Assembly (NCBI GenBank): GCA_964342815.1
Contig: CAYFHS010000029.1
Coordinates: 1 to 49,325, forward strand
Reading direction: 5' to 3'
Origin: an uncultured archaeon
Lineage (GTDB): Archaea > Thermoplasmatota > Penumbrarchaeia > JASLWR01
Length of the DNA stretch: 49,325 nucleotides
Under the pieces are notes generated by a model that worked only from the letters and a program-made list of their open reading frames with translations, made no database searches and was not told where the DNA came from. The position numbers and the translations under genes are program-made. Shown in pieces: positions 10,101 through 19,128 of this stretch (the first letter of the stretch is position 1; every line of letters begins with the position of its first letter).

Positions 10101-13100
10101 GGTTGTCATCTATGACCGAGTTCTCTCCTCCTTCGAGATTCGTAGACATTCTTCAGTCCATATCCAAAACGGTACATTCCGCTCTAAGATTATCAACTTA
10201 CCATCTAAGAAAATCTGGAATGCATTCCACTTCAATAGCTCGGTTCCAAAGCACAGCTGTCTCAACATCTCAATCCACGATGCCAACACAAATTATACTC
10301 TTCATGAAATCGATGGCCACGAGAACGAACACTCTCTTGATCTGTCGGAAATCGATCCAGGTGTCCATCCCTCCATTTACTTAAAAGCCTGCTTTCAATC
10401 CAATCAAAATATGACTCCAGCACTCGACCATTGGGGAGTGAACTGGGGACATGAAGTAGACGAGATCATTCAACCAGAGTTAATAACAGACCTACCGAGA
10501 CAATTGAACGTCACAGAAGATAAGCCCCTATCAAATGTTACCGATCTGGCAGATTATTTCTATGACATATATTTTTCAATCACCCCGCCAACCTATGCTT
10601 TGGAATTTGTTACCGATACGGACAATATAACGCTTAACCTGAATGGCTCTAAACTTGATGTGACCTATCTGGCAGATAACTGGACTGGTTATACAAGCGT
10701 TATTGCCAATTGCACCAACATGCACGGCCTTTCTACTCTTACTAACATGTTCAATATTACAATTATTCCAATTGATGATGCACCGGTCTGGAAATCCACT
10801 CCCCCACCGATTTCAATTAAGGAAGGCAATTCATCGACTACAGAATACAGCTTGGATCGTTATGTTTTTGACGCTGAAAATGATATTTTAGAATTTTATA
10901 TTTACTCCGAGGAAAATGAAAAGGTGATCGTAGATTTAGACGCTGAGAACTGCATTAATATTTCCACATCATCGTTCTCGGGACACACCTCAATAACCGC
11001 AACCGTAAGACAAGTCATTAATAAAACCCTTTACAGCGATATTTCGATCCCTGTGAACGTGAGTAAAAACATACCCCCCGAGGTTGTCTTGGAATACCCT
11101 TTGAATGACAGCAAAATAGCCAGCACATCAGTCACTCTGGAGTGGAAGGTCAGAGATCCGGATACCGATTCAAAGGATATTCGACATGATCTTTATTTCG
11201 GGAATACGACCCCACCTCCCCTATTTAAAAGCAATCTTAAGAACAAAAATTATAGAATGACGGGACTGAAGAATGGGACAAGTTATTATTGGTATGTGAT
11301 TCCATGTGATGAAATGGATGAAGGTATGGCAAATAATATCTTTGCTTTTTCCATTGACATAACAACACTGGTACCAGAAGTCTTTTACCCCGATCCCGCA
11401 GATGGCTCTACCGTAAACACTACCTCGATTCAACTAAGTTGGAAGAGAAAGAATTTTTTCGAGGAAAAATTGCATTTCGACATATATTTTGGAATATATC
11501 CGGACAACCTTGCGTTCATTAACCGAAGCGAAAATAAATTTTATATAATTGAAAATCTAAGTGATAACACAAGCTATTACTGGAATGTCATTCCTTGGAC
11601 CGCTGATGTTTCAGGTAAAGAAAAAGCTGTTATCTGGAACTTTTTTGTGGATTTGGAATCAATTCTTTTTCATAATATTTCATGGAAAATGGAGGATGAA
11701 CCTCTTAATGTGAAAGAAGGGAATAATAAAATCACCTTAGATTTTACGATAACTAACACAGGAAATGATGTCAATAATATTGATCTGTATGAGATAGATG
11801 ATCCAGAAGATATCGTCTATATAGATGTAAGACCGTTCTCTCTCCAACAAGGTGAATCAAAGAGTGTGCCCATCACAATCCTTACTTATGGACTTGACAA
11901 AGGAAAATATAAAATTGACCTGGAAATAAAACATCGAGGTGGGCAGGAAACCATCGAAATTCTATTTAACATTACAGGAAAAGAACAAAGTAAAGCTTCA
12001 ATGTCCTCGCCTGACAATAATCTGCCACGTAACCTTGGGATAATTTTCATTGCAGTGATCTTTATTATAATTTTTATCATTATAAAGAAACGACGTGAAA
12101 AAGAAGAAGAAGAGGATTTTGATGGAATACCTCCAGTAAGTAGTGACACTATCGAAGCGGATATCTTACATGTCCCGACACCTGGGGAGAGAAAGGTTTC
12201 GTCCATCCCTTATATTGATGCCGGGACTCCATCGATAGAAAATACCTTTGACTCACGCTATCAATTCAAAGGAAGAAAGGAGGCTTTTACACCTAATAAA
12301 GTGACCGGAAGTACTGTTTCAGGTAAAGCCTACAATGGTGATGAAATTCCGGAGAGTGCCATTGATTTCGATTTTTCCGCCCTTCATATTCCCTCAGAAT
12401 TCGGCTTTACCCCTGATGATGTTAAAAGAGAGTTATTGGCATTACCTCCTGCCAGATACTTAGAAGTAAGAGAAGAAAGGCGATTAATCCCTATAGATGA
12501 AGTTTTCCTCTTAACCCCATCCGGTCTGTTGGTCCAGCATTATTCCATGCAAAGAGAAACCGGATTGAATGAGGATATCCTTGCAGGTATGTTATCAGCG
12601 GTGAAATCTTTCATAGCGGATTCCCTTTCAATGCTGGATAAGGTGAACGGGGAAAAAGGAGAGGTCAACCGGATTGACTTCGGTAAGTATTCCGTTATGA
12701 TGGCAACAGGAAAAACGCTGGCATTGGTAGCCATTTCGGCCCATAAGGACAAGGATGTCATCCTTGACCAGATCAGGAATGGTTTAGAAGTATTGGACGA
12801 GGAATTCGGGGAAATAATGATAGATTGGAGCGGTGACATGTCGAAGGTTGAAGGTGTTAAACCTTATATCGAAAGCATTGTGAAGGGAGAGTTCAACAGA
12901 CGAATAAGTTCATTTGAGATCGAAAGTGCCGGGAAAGAATCAATATCTCCGTCCAGTGGAGAAACTGATGAGAAAAAAATACCCAAAACTGTATCCGATG
13001 AGAAAGAATCACTGTTACTATCGGATATAAAAACCGTTGATGTTGCCCTTCCAGACGGCGTGAATGTCTCCGAAACGGAATCTGCTTTACCGGAAAAAAT

Positions 13101-13353
13101 AGAGGTTAGTTCTCAAAAAATTCTTGAAAAAAGCAGAGGTAAGGATATATTAGCGGCCCTGGATAATATTCTAGAAGAGGTAGATCGTCAGACTGATCCA
13201 GTAGCGGTCTCGCCCGCAGAAGATCCAGAAAAAAATCTCTCAAAGACTTTAGGAATTTATCCAAACTCTTCTTTATCAGGTTCGGATTTAAACGGAGAAG
13301 GACCTACACAACCGGAGGATGAAACGATTGCCAAAGAGAAAGTCCCACCTTGA
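7174..13353 (+). CDS. Giant single-pass surface protein: signal peptide, Kelch propeller, 2x LamG, cadherin/FN3/CARDB-like Ig modules, TM helix, cytoplasmic longin-like domain
   Basis: Six Kelch-like blades (PxxRxxHAMxYDxxNxKVVMFGG). LamG signatures (GLWHLDD..DSSG.GNHG; WNHITAT..LYLDG; FDGIIDEVRI, twice). YYWYVIP/YYWNVIP FN3-like repeats. TM GIIFIAVIFIIIFIII-KKRR. Then IDEVFLLTPSGLLV..DILAGMLSAVKSFI..IDFGKYSVMM..W.GD. Confidence 0.85.
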   Translation: MGGRMRKSTTIILIVILLLQMSTGLLMNSQESDNTFITSSGNYYDQECGGGASNEEIRDKHTDARVPESSSTSSGTTPEDTVKPDGVCGATRAYSRASISQDQDEFGGSWFDDFEDDSGVEWKNNLSLENGVMNLAIVPKSPKEWNWVEAQPDDTPHVRSNHAMCYDGTNKLSVMFGGYYEDGGAGYYLNDTWIYNSFANTWTQTNPNPHPTARSEFAMVYDSKNHKVVLFGGLIGTAGSGSCSYETWVYDVSANIWTNKTAAIKPPKRFDHAMAYDSRNNKVVMFGGSYYNPGREKRNDTWVYDITNNIWTEKHPLLSPPAGPSTMTYDSFVDRIVMIVSNDDKTWLYDTINNTWIGKTTSPFPSMDFNPVIYDEFSNRVLFLDTDSQLIWSYDTLKNIWENEVLSLSLPLRRYPSAIFDSENQMIVLFGGMWSLKWLNDTWKLKTTQFAFSTTVTSIPITLPDNMTWETLSLIKKENTNTYINVSIINAETNDTIITFTNLTKRNINLTSLKDLSITSIRLKAYFSGNGGVTPLLDSWGVEWTAENAWRDSFTGDERVANPILADNYTVGLWHLDDKEAKTVFDSSGKGNHGSFYGEGEFSEGRFGAGLLFGGNDDYVDCGNDASLSPSTEITVEAWVKADTVSENHEIVSKFDHIFYIQKQYRLWISHGKLKWQVGDKSIETPIVGGTWNHITATFCNGKMNLYLDGELKSFNTSSEATIRAGDRKLLIGTYKWNDYYYTGEYFDGIIDEVRISNIRRSAEEVYFSYRIGFDIRHGQVQLMENEVPLRGCMRYWKFDEGSGDTAYDSSGNGYDGKINVGNGDNTDFKWTSGIMGKAMQFDGKNDHINCRELIPNPQGTVAFWVNVDRVTGDKDRIMGGNDGFEVKALASGAGYKITNDLWISGVNVLWSESVLNFNQWYHIGCTYNSTGFKEIYIDGKLDISAYKPHHEPQINNFYIGVRTGSVDYFDGMIDEVVIYDRVLSSFEIRRHSSVHIQNGTFRSKIINLPSKKIWNAFHFNSSVPKHSCLNISIHDANTNYTLHEIDGHENEHSLDLSEIDPGVHPSIYLKACFQSNQNMTPALDHWGVNWGHEVDEIIQPELITDLPRQLNVTEDKPLSNVTDLADYFYDIYFSITPPTYALEFVTDTDNITLNLNGSKLDVTYLADNWTGYTSVIANCTNMHGLSTLTNMFNITIIPIDDAPVWKSTPPPISIKEGNSSTTEYSLDRYVFDAENDILEFYIYSEENEKVIVDLDAENCINISTSSFSGHTSITATVRQVINKTLYSDISIPVNVSKNIPPEVVLEYPLNDSKIASTSVTLEWKVRDPDTDSKDIRHDLYFGNTTPPPLFKSNLKNKNYRMTGLKNGTSYYWYVIPCDEMDEGMANNIFAFSIDITTLVPEVFYPDPADGSTVNTTSIQLSWKRKNFFEEKLHFDIYFGIYPDNLAFINRSENKFYIIENLSDNTSYYWNVIPWTADVSGKEKAVIWNFFVDLESILFHNISWKMEDEPLNVKEGNNKITLDFTITNTGNDVNNIDLYEIDDPEDIVYIDVRPFSLQQGESKSVPITILTYGLDKGKYKIDLEIKHRGGQETIEILFNITGKEQSKASMSSPDNNLPRNLGIIFIAVIFIIIFIIIKKRREKEEEEDFDGIPPVSSDTIEADILHVPTPGERKVSSIPYIDAGTPSIENTFDSRYQFKGRKEAFTPNKVTGSTVSGKAYNGDEIPESAIDFDFSALHIPSEFGFTPDDVKRELLALPPARYLEVREERRLIPIDEVFLLTPSGLLVQHYSMQRETGLNEDILAGMLSAVKSFIADSLSMLDKVNGEKGEVNRIDFGKYSVMMATGKTLALVAISAHKDKDVILDQIRNGLEVLDEEFGEIMIDWSGDMSKVEGVKPYIESIVKGEFNRRISSFEIESAGKESISPSSGETDEKKIPKTVSDEKESLLLSDIKTVDVALPDGVNVSETESALPEKIEVSSQKILEKSRGKDILAALDNILEEVDRQTDPVAVSPAEDPEKNLSKTLGIYPNSSLSGSDLNGEGPTQPEDETIAKEKVPP

Positions 13354-13637
13354 CCCTCGGATTCAATCTAATCGCATATTAAATACCGTCAGTTGACGAA
13401 AACAGTTTTATCATGGATCTCCATGACCTTCACTATCAAGTTGGTGATCATGGAAATCAAATAAAAACATAATAAGAATTACGAAAGGCTCTTTCATAGA
13501 AGGTTAGGAAACCTGAAGATGTCTCGAAAATAATGACAAGCTACAGGTTTTCGGGGGCCCGGGCTGCGTAAGAAATAAATATTCATTGCGGCGGGATCTG
13601 ACCACAAAATCCAATGGATATATGATAAAACAGGGTG

Positions 13638-15995
13638 CTAGATATCCTCTTTGCACTTTTGTGCAGTTTCTTTTTGAGATAGAGCAGCCAGAGCTTTCGC
13701 GGCAGTGGTTTTCTCAGAACTGAAATCGTTCCTTTTCGAAATTTCCAATCCCCTGCGGTAGTATTCCCCCGCCTTTTCGTTATCACCCAGGCATTGGTAG
13801 GTTTCACCGAGATTATTGCATGCAATGGCTGAGATATGGGATTTTCCGAGTCTCGTGGAGATTTCGAGACCCTTTCTGAACGTAGTTACGGCATCCTGAT
13901 AGTCCCCGTTATTGAACGAGATGATTCCGAGGTTGTTATAGGCCCTTGCAACCCCCTCCCTGTCATCCATTTCCCAGCATGCTGCCATAGCTTCCAGATG
14001 CGCATTCCTCGCCTGCTCGGTTTTTCCAATATCAGCGTACAATACACCCAGGTTGCTCAACACTTTTGCCTTGTATTTACGATCATTGCATTTCCCGGCA
14101 ATATCCGCGGCCCGGTTGTAATGATCCAGTGCAGTATTATAATTACTTCTGCGATATGCAATTATTCCAAGACCGTTTCTAGCCTTGGTATATATCAGGT
14201 CCAAATCACCGGCTTCTCTCTTCGCACCCGCCACCTCTTCCAGCAGCCCGCGGGCCTCCTCCAGCCGACCGGTAAAGGTGAGAAGATTCCCCTTCAGACA
14301 TTTTAGTGATAGAGATACACCCGGTAATTGCGTCTTGGTTTCCTTAAGCAAATCCGTGAGCCTGTCTATTGATTCCAGTACTTCGTGGATAAAACCTTCC
14401 CCGTACAGGGAAGATCCGTAATTAATAATAACATTCGCAGCCTCGTGAAAATCCCCCGCTTCCAGGTAATGATCAAAACTCTCCAGGGTAAAATGCAGAT
14501 CACCTATCCGAGTTTCCTCCAGGAGATGAAGTCCGATCATGCGGTGTATCTCCTTTTTCCGGTACGGTGAAATTCGAGTCCGGATCACTTCGCGAAGTAT
14601 ATCGTGTATAAGATAACCTTTCTCAGTTTCCTTGATGAGGGACCTCTCCAGAAGTGAATCCAGCGTTCGGTAATCCCCGTTCTCGAGAAATAGCCCCATA
14701 GACGGTATATCCGTTCGATAAAAAGCAGCCAATTCCAGCATTCTCTGTTGTTCGGGAAGCAGTCCCTTCAACACCTCTTCCCTGAAGAACCGTGAGATGT
14801 CTTTGTGAACGCCCTTGCCGTATCTTCCGCCTTTCATCAGCTCAAGAGCCAAAGGGTGACCCATGGTAACATTATATATTTCTTCCTCGCCGGACTTATT
14901 CGCATCAGGGTCGGAGATGCCCCAACGTGCAAGCAAAGCGGCACAATCATCAAGCTTCAGACCCCGCAGATGCAATTCCTTTATACTTTTACGAACGAGA
15001 ACATCTTTCCGATCATAGAATATCGGTATCTTTCTAGATAATATCAACAGCTTAATGTTATTCATGGTTGAAGCCAATTTGGCGAATATCCGGCAAATAT
15101 CGATGTGTTTTTCATGAAGTTTATGTGTGTCATCCAGAACGAGAAAAATCTTTAAATCCTTGAATCCCTCCTTTATAATACGGTAAGCGTCGTCGAGGTC
15201 CATCTCGTAAGCTCCCTTTATATATGAGGATAATTCCGGTTTTCCGAGTTTGTCAAGGAACACGGCCAAAAAAGTAATGACCGACCTTGGATTCGTCCAG
15301 CTCTCGCAGCTGTACCAGAAGAGGTGTCGGGTTTTTCTTACCTCGGTGGAGAACTCATAACCCAGTGAAGTTTTCCCGATTCCCGCAATCCCGTGGATCA
15401 CACAGATACGGCCTCCCTCGGATGCCAACCAGGAAACTAGTTCTTCTTTCTCCTTCGTTCTACCGGTAAAATCGGGACACGGTACTATGTTTTCCACAAG
15501 GAAAATATTCTGTTTTTCGGTTATTTCTTTATTGCTTGACCCCTGAATCCTGGAGAGATCGACAGTCCCAAATTTCTTGATATGGGCGAGGATTTTTACC
15601 AAGGTTATCTCTCTTTTATTGGATGAAAGGATAGCGGCGATGGTATCCGTAAAACATTCATCCCCCTTTCTTACCCGTATCTCAACATCCATCAGCCCTT
15701 TTCTAAGAGAAACTACATTCGTAAATCCTTCATGAGTAAGAGAATAGGCTTTCATTCTCCTTCTCTTTGTCTCGATATGGCTCAATTTTTCGCAAATAAG
15801 TCCCTTTTCTCCCAGCTGCTTCAGGCAAAATGATACGTGACTCCGCTTCACATCCACGCAGGATGCGATTCCTTCCTGCGTGAGCTGAACTGGTCTTGTG
15901 AATTCTTCCGACAGATGGAAATGATCGAGTAGGTGAAGTAGGACTCTTTCCGGTATGGTTATCCGATCCAATACGGTTGAACTGACGGGGTCCAT
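13638..15995 (-). CDS. wHTH-STAND ATPase-TPR protein (probable signal-transducing transcription regulator)
   Basis: N-terminal wHTH (LTQEGIAS..VKRSHVS..LKQL..KGLI..KAYSLT). Walker A GIAGIGKT, Walker B FLVLDDTHK, GHPLALEL. C-terminal TPRs (AKVLSNLGVLY, ARAYNNLGII, AIACNNLGETY). Confidence 0.88.
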   Translation of the reverse strand: MDPVSSTVLDRITIPERVLLHLLDHFHLSEEFTRPVQLTQEGIASCVDVKRSHVSFCLKQLGEKGLICEKLSHIETKRRRMKAYSLTHEGFTNVVSLRKGLMDVEIRVRKGDECFTDTIAAILSSNKREITLVKILAHIKKFGTVDLSRIQGSSNKEITEKQNIFLVENIVPCPDFTGRTKEKEELVSWLASEGGRICVIHGIAGIGKTSLGYEFSTEVRKTRHLFWYSCESWTNPRSVITFLAVFLDKLGKPELSSYIKGAYEMDLDDAYRIIKEGFKDLKIFLVLDDTHKLHEKHIDICRIFAKLASTMNNIKLLILSRKIPIFYDRKDVLVRKSIKELHLRGLKLDDCAALLARWGISDPDANKSGEEEIYNVTMGHPLALELMKGGRYGKGVHKDISRFFREEVLKGLLPEQQRMLELAAFYRTDIPSMGLFLENGDYRTLDSLLERSLIKETEKGYLIHDILREVIRTRISPYRKKEIHRMIGLHLLEETRIGDLHFTLESFDHYLEAGDFHEAANVIINYGSSLYGEGFIHEVLESIDRLTDLLKETKTQLPGVSLSLKCLKGNLLTFTGRLEEARGLLEEVAGAKREAGDLDLIYTKARNGLGIIAYRRSNYNTALDHYNRAADIAGKCNDRKYKAKVLSNLGVLYADIGKTEQARNAHLEAMAACWEMDDREGVARAYNNLGIISFNNGDYQDAVTTFRKGLEISTRLGKSHISAIACNNLGETYQCLGDNEKAGEYYRRGLEISKRNDFSSEKTTAAKALAALSQKETAQKCKEDI

Positions 15996-16063
15996 GGTAA
16001 CGATAGACTCCCTTGATGACTTAAATGTTTTTACAATATTATTTGCAGTCTATTCTATTTTCG

Positions 16064-16080
16064 ACATGTAGTCTACATGT
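16064..16080. promoter_or_regulatory. Perfect inverted repeat, candidate operator upstream of the STAND regulator
   Basis: acatgtag-t-ctacatgt, ~70 nt upstream of the 15995 start, between two TATA-like motifs. Confidence 0.4.
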
Positions 16081-16211
16081 ACTGTGAAGCGTTATAAAGT
16101 TGATGATTTGGGTCCATTCGAGTTACCAATAGCATCTTTGGATATTGATGACGTAAGAAAAAAATTTGAATTTTTAAAATCAATTAAAATAATTGGAAAA
16201 AAGTAGTAATC

Positions 16212-16245
16212 AAAAGAAGAAAAAAAGGGCAGCTAACTGCCCTTT
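16212..16245 (-). terminator. Hairpin plus U-tract terminator of the upstream minus-strand surface protein gene
   Basis: Minus strand: aaagggcag-ttag-ctgcccttt followed by a T-rich tract, just after the stop at 16258. Confidence 0.7.
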
Positions 16246-16257
16246 GTTATAATTATT

Positions 16258-17175
16258 CTACTTGCGGAACTTTCTCATTGCCACAGCAACTATTACAAGC
16301 GCCATAAGAGCGGCCATGGGTTCAAAGCCAGGTATATAGATACCCTTATCCCTCACAAAGAATTCATAGGGTTGGATCTCGGGAGCGACCCCCGTGGTAG
16401 TACTGGTTTCCGATTTTACAATGACATCCACTTTCGTTACCCGGTTCCGATATAGCGTCCAATCCTGTGGGGAGGTCACTGCTATCTTGACCACATCCTC
16501 CTTATTTTCGTCGATCATAACTGACCGCGTTCCAAGGGTAACCACCCATTCATCTTTAGCCAGGTCGTCGACGTTGGAAACATCTATCTTGATCCTATCC
16601 TTGGTATTGCCGTCGTTCTTTATCTTCATGGAGAACAGAAGAGGGTCACCTGGGGATATCTCTACGTAGGGTTCTTCGCATGAAACTGTAAGCAAGAAAT
16701 AAGGGTTAATGGTGATTATGCCTTTTGTCTCCGGGATCTTGAAGTTCAATGCACCGGGAAGTGTTCTGACCGTACCGGAGATCATGACATTTCCGGATGA
16801 CTGGAATGAAGTGAAATTCGGAACGCGCACTACCACCTCAAAGTTCTTTGGGGTGGACCCCTGAGCCGGAAAGCTCATCGTAGTCGGCGAGATGGATGTG
16901 GGCCAACCTGCATCCGCAGTGAGAGACACCACGATCAGCTGTACATTCGCACCGGGTCCGATCATCTCTACTTCTACCTGACCAGTGAATCTCACTATAC
17001 CGGTCTCTCCTGGGCCGACATCGGCAGTCTGTTCACCTGTATCCAGTTTGATGGTTGCTACAGGCTGGGCGGCTTCCGCCTCATCTGACAGTCCGACCAT
17101 TATTACAATAAAGGCTCCGACCACTACTAAGCTAATCATCAACAATTTCATAGTAAAGTTTTTCATATTGACCAC
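16258..17175 (-). CDS. Secreted Ig-like surface protein with PGF-CTERM-type anchor (choice-of-anchor T-like)
   Basis: N-terminal signal peptide. Beta-rich body with N.GN.KD.I.I CARDB-like motif. C-terminal IPGFEPMAALMALVIVAVAMRKFRK archaeosortase-type signal. Confidence 0.8.
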   Translation of the reverse strand: MVNMKNFTMKLLMISLVVVGAFIVIMVGLSDEAEAAQPVATIKLDTGEQTADVGPGETGIVRFTGQVEVEMIGPGANVQLIVVSLTADAGWPTSISPTTMSFPAQGSTPKNFEVVVRVPNFTSFQSSGNVMISGTVRTLPGALNFKIPETKGIITINPYFLLTVSCEEPYVEISPGDPLLFSMKIKNDGNTKDRIKIDVSNVDDLAKDEWVVTLGTRSVMIDENKEDVVKIAVTSPQDWTLYRNRVTKVDVIVKSETSTTTGVAPEIQPYEFFVRDKGIYIPGFEPMAALMALVIVAVAMRKFRK

Positions 17176-17242
17176 CTGGTTCTCAGTGGATATCCAGTTT
17201 CGTAATCCTTTGCTCTTTATATAAGTTTTTTCTTAAAATTCA

Positions 17243-17374
17243 GCGGAATCGGCCCTTCGGGCACCCGCTTCGCTTCGCAGACCCTACGGCTCTGCTGAGC
17301 CTTTGGCTGGTAAGCCTACAGGCCCGGGATTCCGCCAACATTGTCAAGCTGCAAACCTTTGCACCATTGACAAT
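17243..17374. repeat. Highly structured intergenic palindromic element
   Basis: Nested inverted repeats: gcggaatc/gattccgc (17243-17335), gcaga/tctgc, gccc-ttc-gggc, attgtcaa/ttgacaat (17340-17374), tgcaaa/tttgca. Confidence 0.55.
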
Positions 17375-17704
17375 ATGTAACGTCTTTGTAAGACTCGTCA
17401 TAAACCTTTTAGGCTCATGTTCCCGGGTGTCTCGACGTTGCAGATTCACAAATAGTATATGAATTCGTAGATATTAAAGGATATTTGTACATCCATTGCC
17501 ACAGTATTTAAAACTTTCTGAAAAGGGTATTTTTTAATGATGGAAATATCGCGAACTTAGAAAGAATGGAACAGGGAAAAAAGGTAAAATCCACCGGTAA
17601 GAAAGTACCGAAAAATAAATCGGTGGCTTTTACAGGATAAAAATGACAAAACACTTAAATCCTTTTTTTCCCTTTTAGCTTTCAATCTCTAGGAGGTAAA
17701 AAAA

Positions 17705-17875
17705 ATGCCAGCAGTAGTTGACGAGGATAATTGTGTCGGTTGCGGCGCTTGTGTGGACGTATGCCCGACAGAAGCCATCACGATGAACGATATCGCTCAT
17801 ATCGACCCGGAAACCTGTACCGATTGCGGGACCTGTGTAGAGGAATGTCCCTCGGAAGCAATCTCTCTGAATTAA
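17705..17875 (+). CDS. 2x[4Fe-4S] ferredoxin (56 aa, absent from the ORF track)
   Basis: Manual translation MPAVVDEDNCVGCGACVDVCPTEAITMNDIAHIDPETCTDCGTCVEECPSEAISLN, with two CxxCxxCxxxCP motifs. AGGAGGT SD upstream. Confidence 0.95.
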   Translation: MPAVVDEDNCVGCGACVDVCPTEAITMNDIAHIDPETCTDCGTCVEECPSEAISLN

Positions 17876-17964
17876 CAAAGCGGATTTTAACATTAATAAC
17901 TGCTAGTCTTTTTCGTTTCGTTTTTTTTATTTTACATAATAGCCGAAGGCTTTCTAAAATAACT

Positions 17965-19128
17965 TTAAGCGGGAATATCTTTCCCTTTGAACAATATGAC
18001 CGCCACAACCAGAATGAGTATTGAGCATAACAATAAGCCAATAAAATCGGCAATTTTGAAGACCTCTTCATAGAAGATCAGGGACAGGTCCCAATATGTC
18101 TCCAAACAGATGTATTTCAACCATTCCAAATTTTCTACAATGCTGGCAACCTGCCTCACGGCTGTTGATCCAAATGCCACCAGGAATACAATTCCGATCG
18201 CCCCTTTCCGGTTCATGAAATGGACGGCCGAAAGAACTGCTATGGAGATCAACACAAAAAATAATGGGATGGAGCTGAAGGTTACCATGAACAATGTGGC
18301 GGTGCTTACCTCGGAAGACATTCCAATGGAATCCAAAGTCAGAATAAAAGCCAGAGTTATGATAATGACGAATACTAAAGTGTAAAGAGCCCAAGCAGTG
18401 AACTTTTCCAAGAGATATCCTTGTCTTGTCAAAGGCGTAGAAAGGATCAGATCGATACGTTTCTCTTTAAAATCCGAGGAGAGGCTGGATGCAACCTTAT
18501 ATCCTACAAATATTCCCACTGGCAGAAACCACATACTGAATACCATTATAGAGAAAAAACCCCGTATATCGGACAACGAGGTTACCCTTCCACCTCCGGT
18601 AAAACCCTTGTACACTGAGCTCTTCAGCATCTCGCTGCTGGAATCCTTTATTCCTGTGGATGCCATCCCAACCAGAACCGGATCCAAGGTTCCATTCCCC
18701 ATGGCCTCTATAATGACTTTTTCTTTCACCATACTTTCTAACTGGCCCGTTAAGCTCTCCAGGGTCTCATTCATAACCGCAAGTACTGCATAATACCGGA
18801 CTTCCTGGAAATCTTGGGGAATTATCATACTTGTCTTGTTACCGATAAAAATCGGGATCGGGGTTGTCATGTGCGAACTGTTGTCCTCGGTTACAATATA
18901 TAAAGCAGCATTAGGGATCGACTGCCATGACAAACTCATTTCACGAGTACCGTTCTCAGACATCCGGAGATTCACCATATCCGCTCCTTCCAGCTCCTCG
19001 ACCCATGCCGTTTTCATCTGTGGAAACACCGCCACCGTTACGCAAAAAAGAAACAACATGGATACTAAAAATATCAGCATCCCCTTCCAGCTGGTCCTGA
19101 ATTCCATTAGAAAAGTACGTCCAAACAT
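17965..19128 (-). CDS. ABC-2 type exporter permease
   Basis: Multiple TM helices, DFKEKRIDLILSTPLTRQGYLLEK motif. Directly downstream of an ABC ATPase. Confidence 0.88.
   Translation of the reverse strand: MFGRTFLMEFRTSWKGMLIFLVSMLFLFCVTVAVFPQMKTAWVEELEGADMVNLRMSENGTREMSLSWQSIPNAALYIVTEDNSSHMTTPIPIFIGNKTSMIIPQDFQEVRYYAVLAVMNETLESLTGQLESMVKEKVIIEAMGNGTLDPVLVGMASTGIKDSSSEMLKSSVYKGFTGGGRVTSLSDIRGFFSIMVFSMWFLPVGIFVGYKVASSLSSDFKEKRIDLILSTPLTRQGYLLEKFTAWALYTLVFVIIITLAFILTLDSIGMSSEVSTATLFMVTFSSIPLFFVLISIAVLSAVHFMNRKGAIGIVFLVAFGSTAVRQVASIVENLEWLKYICLETYWDLSLIFYEEVFKIADFIGLLLCSILILVVAVILFKGKDIPA

Noticed and set aside
13535-13570. aagctacagg similarity to the tRNA-Ile end near a GC-rich stretch
   Set aside because: Only about 10 nt match and there is no supporting hairpin architecture; likely chance.
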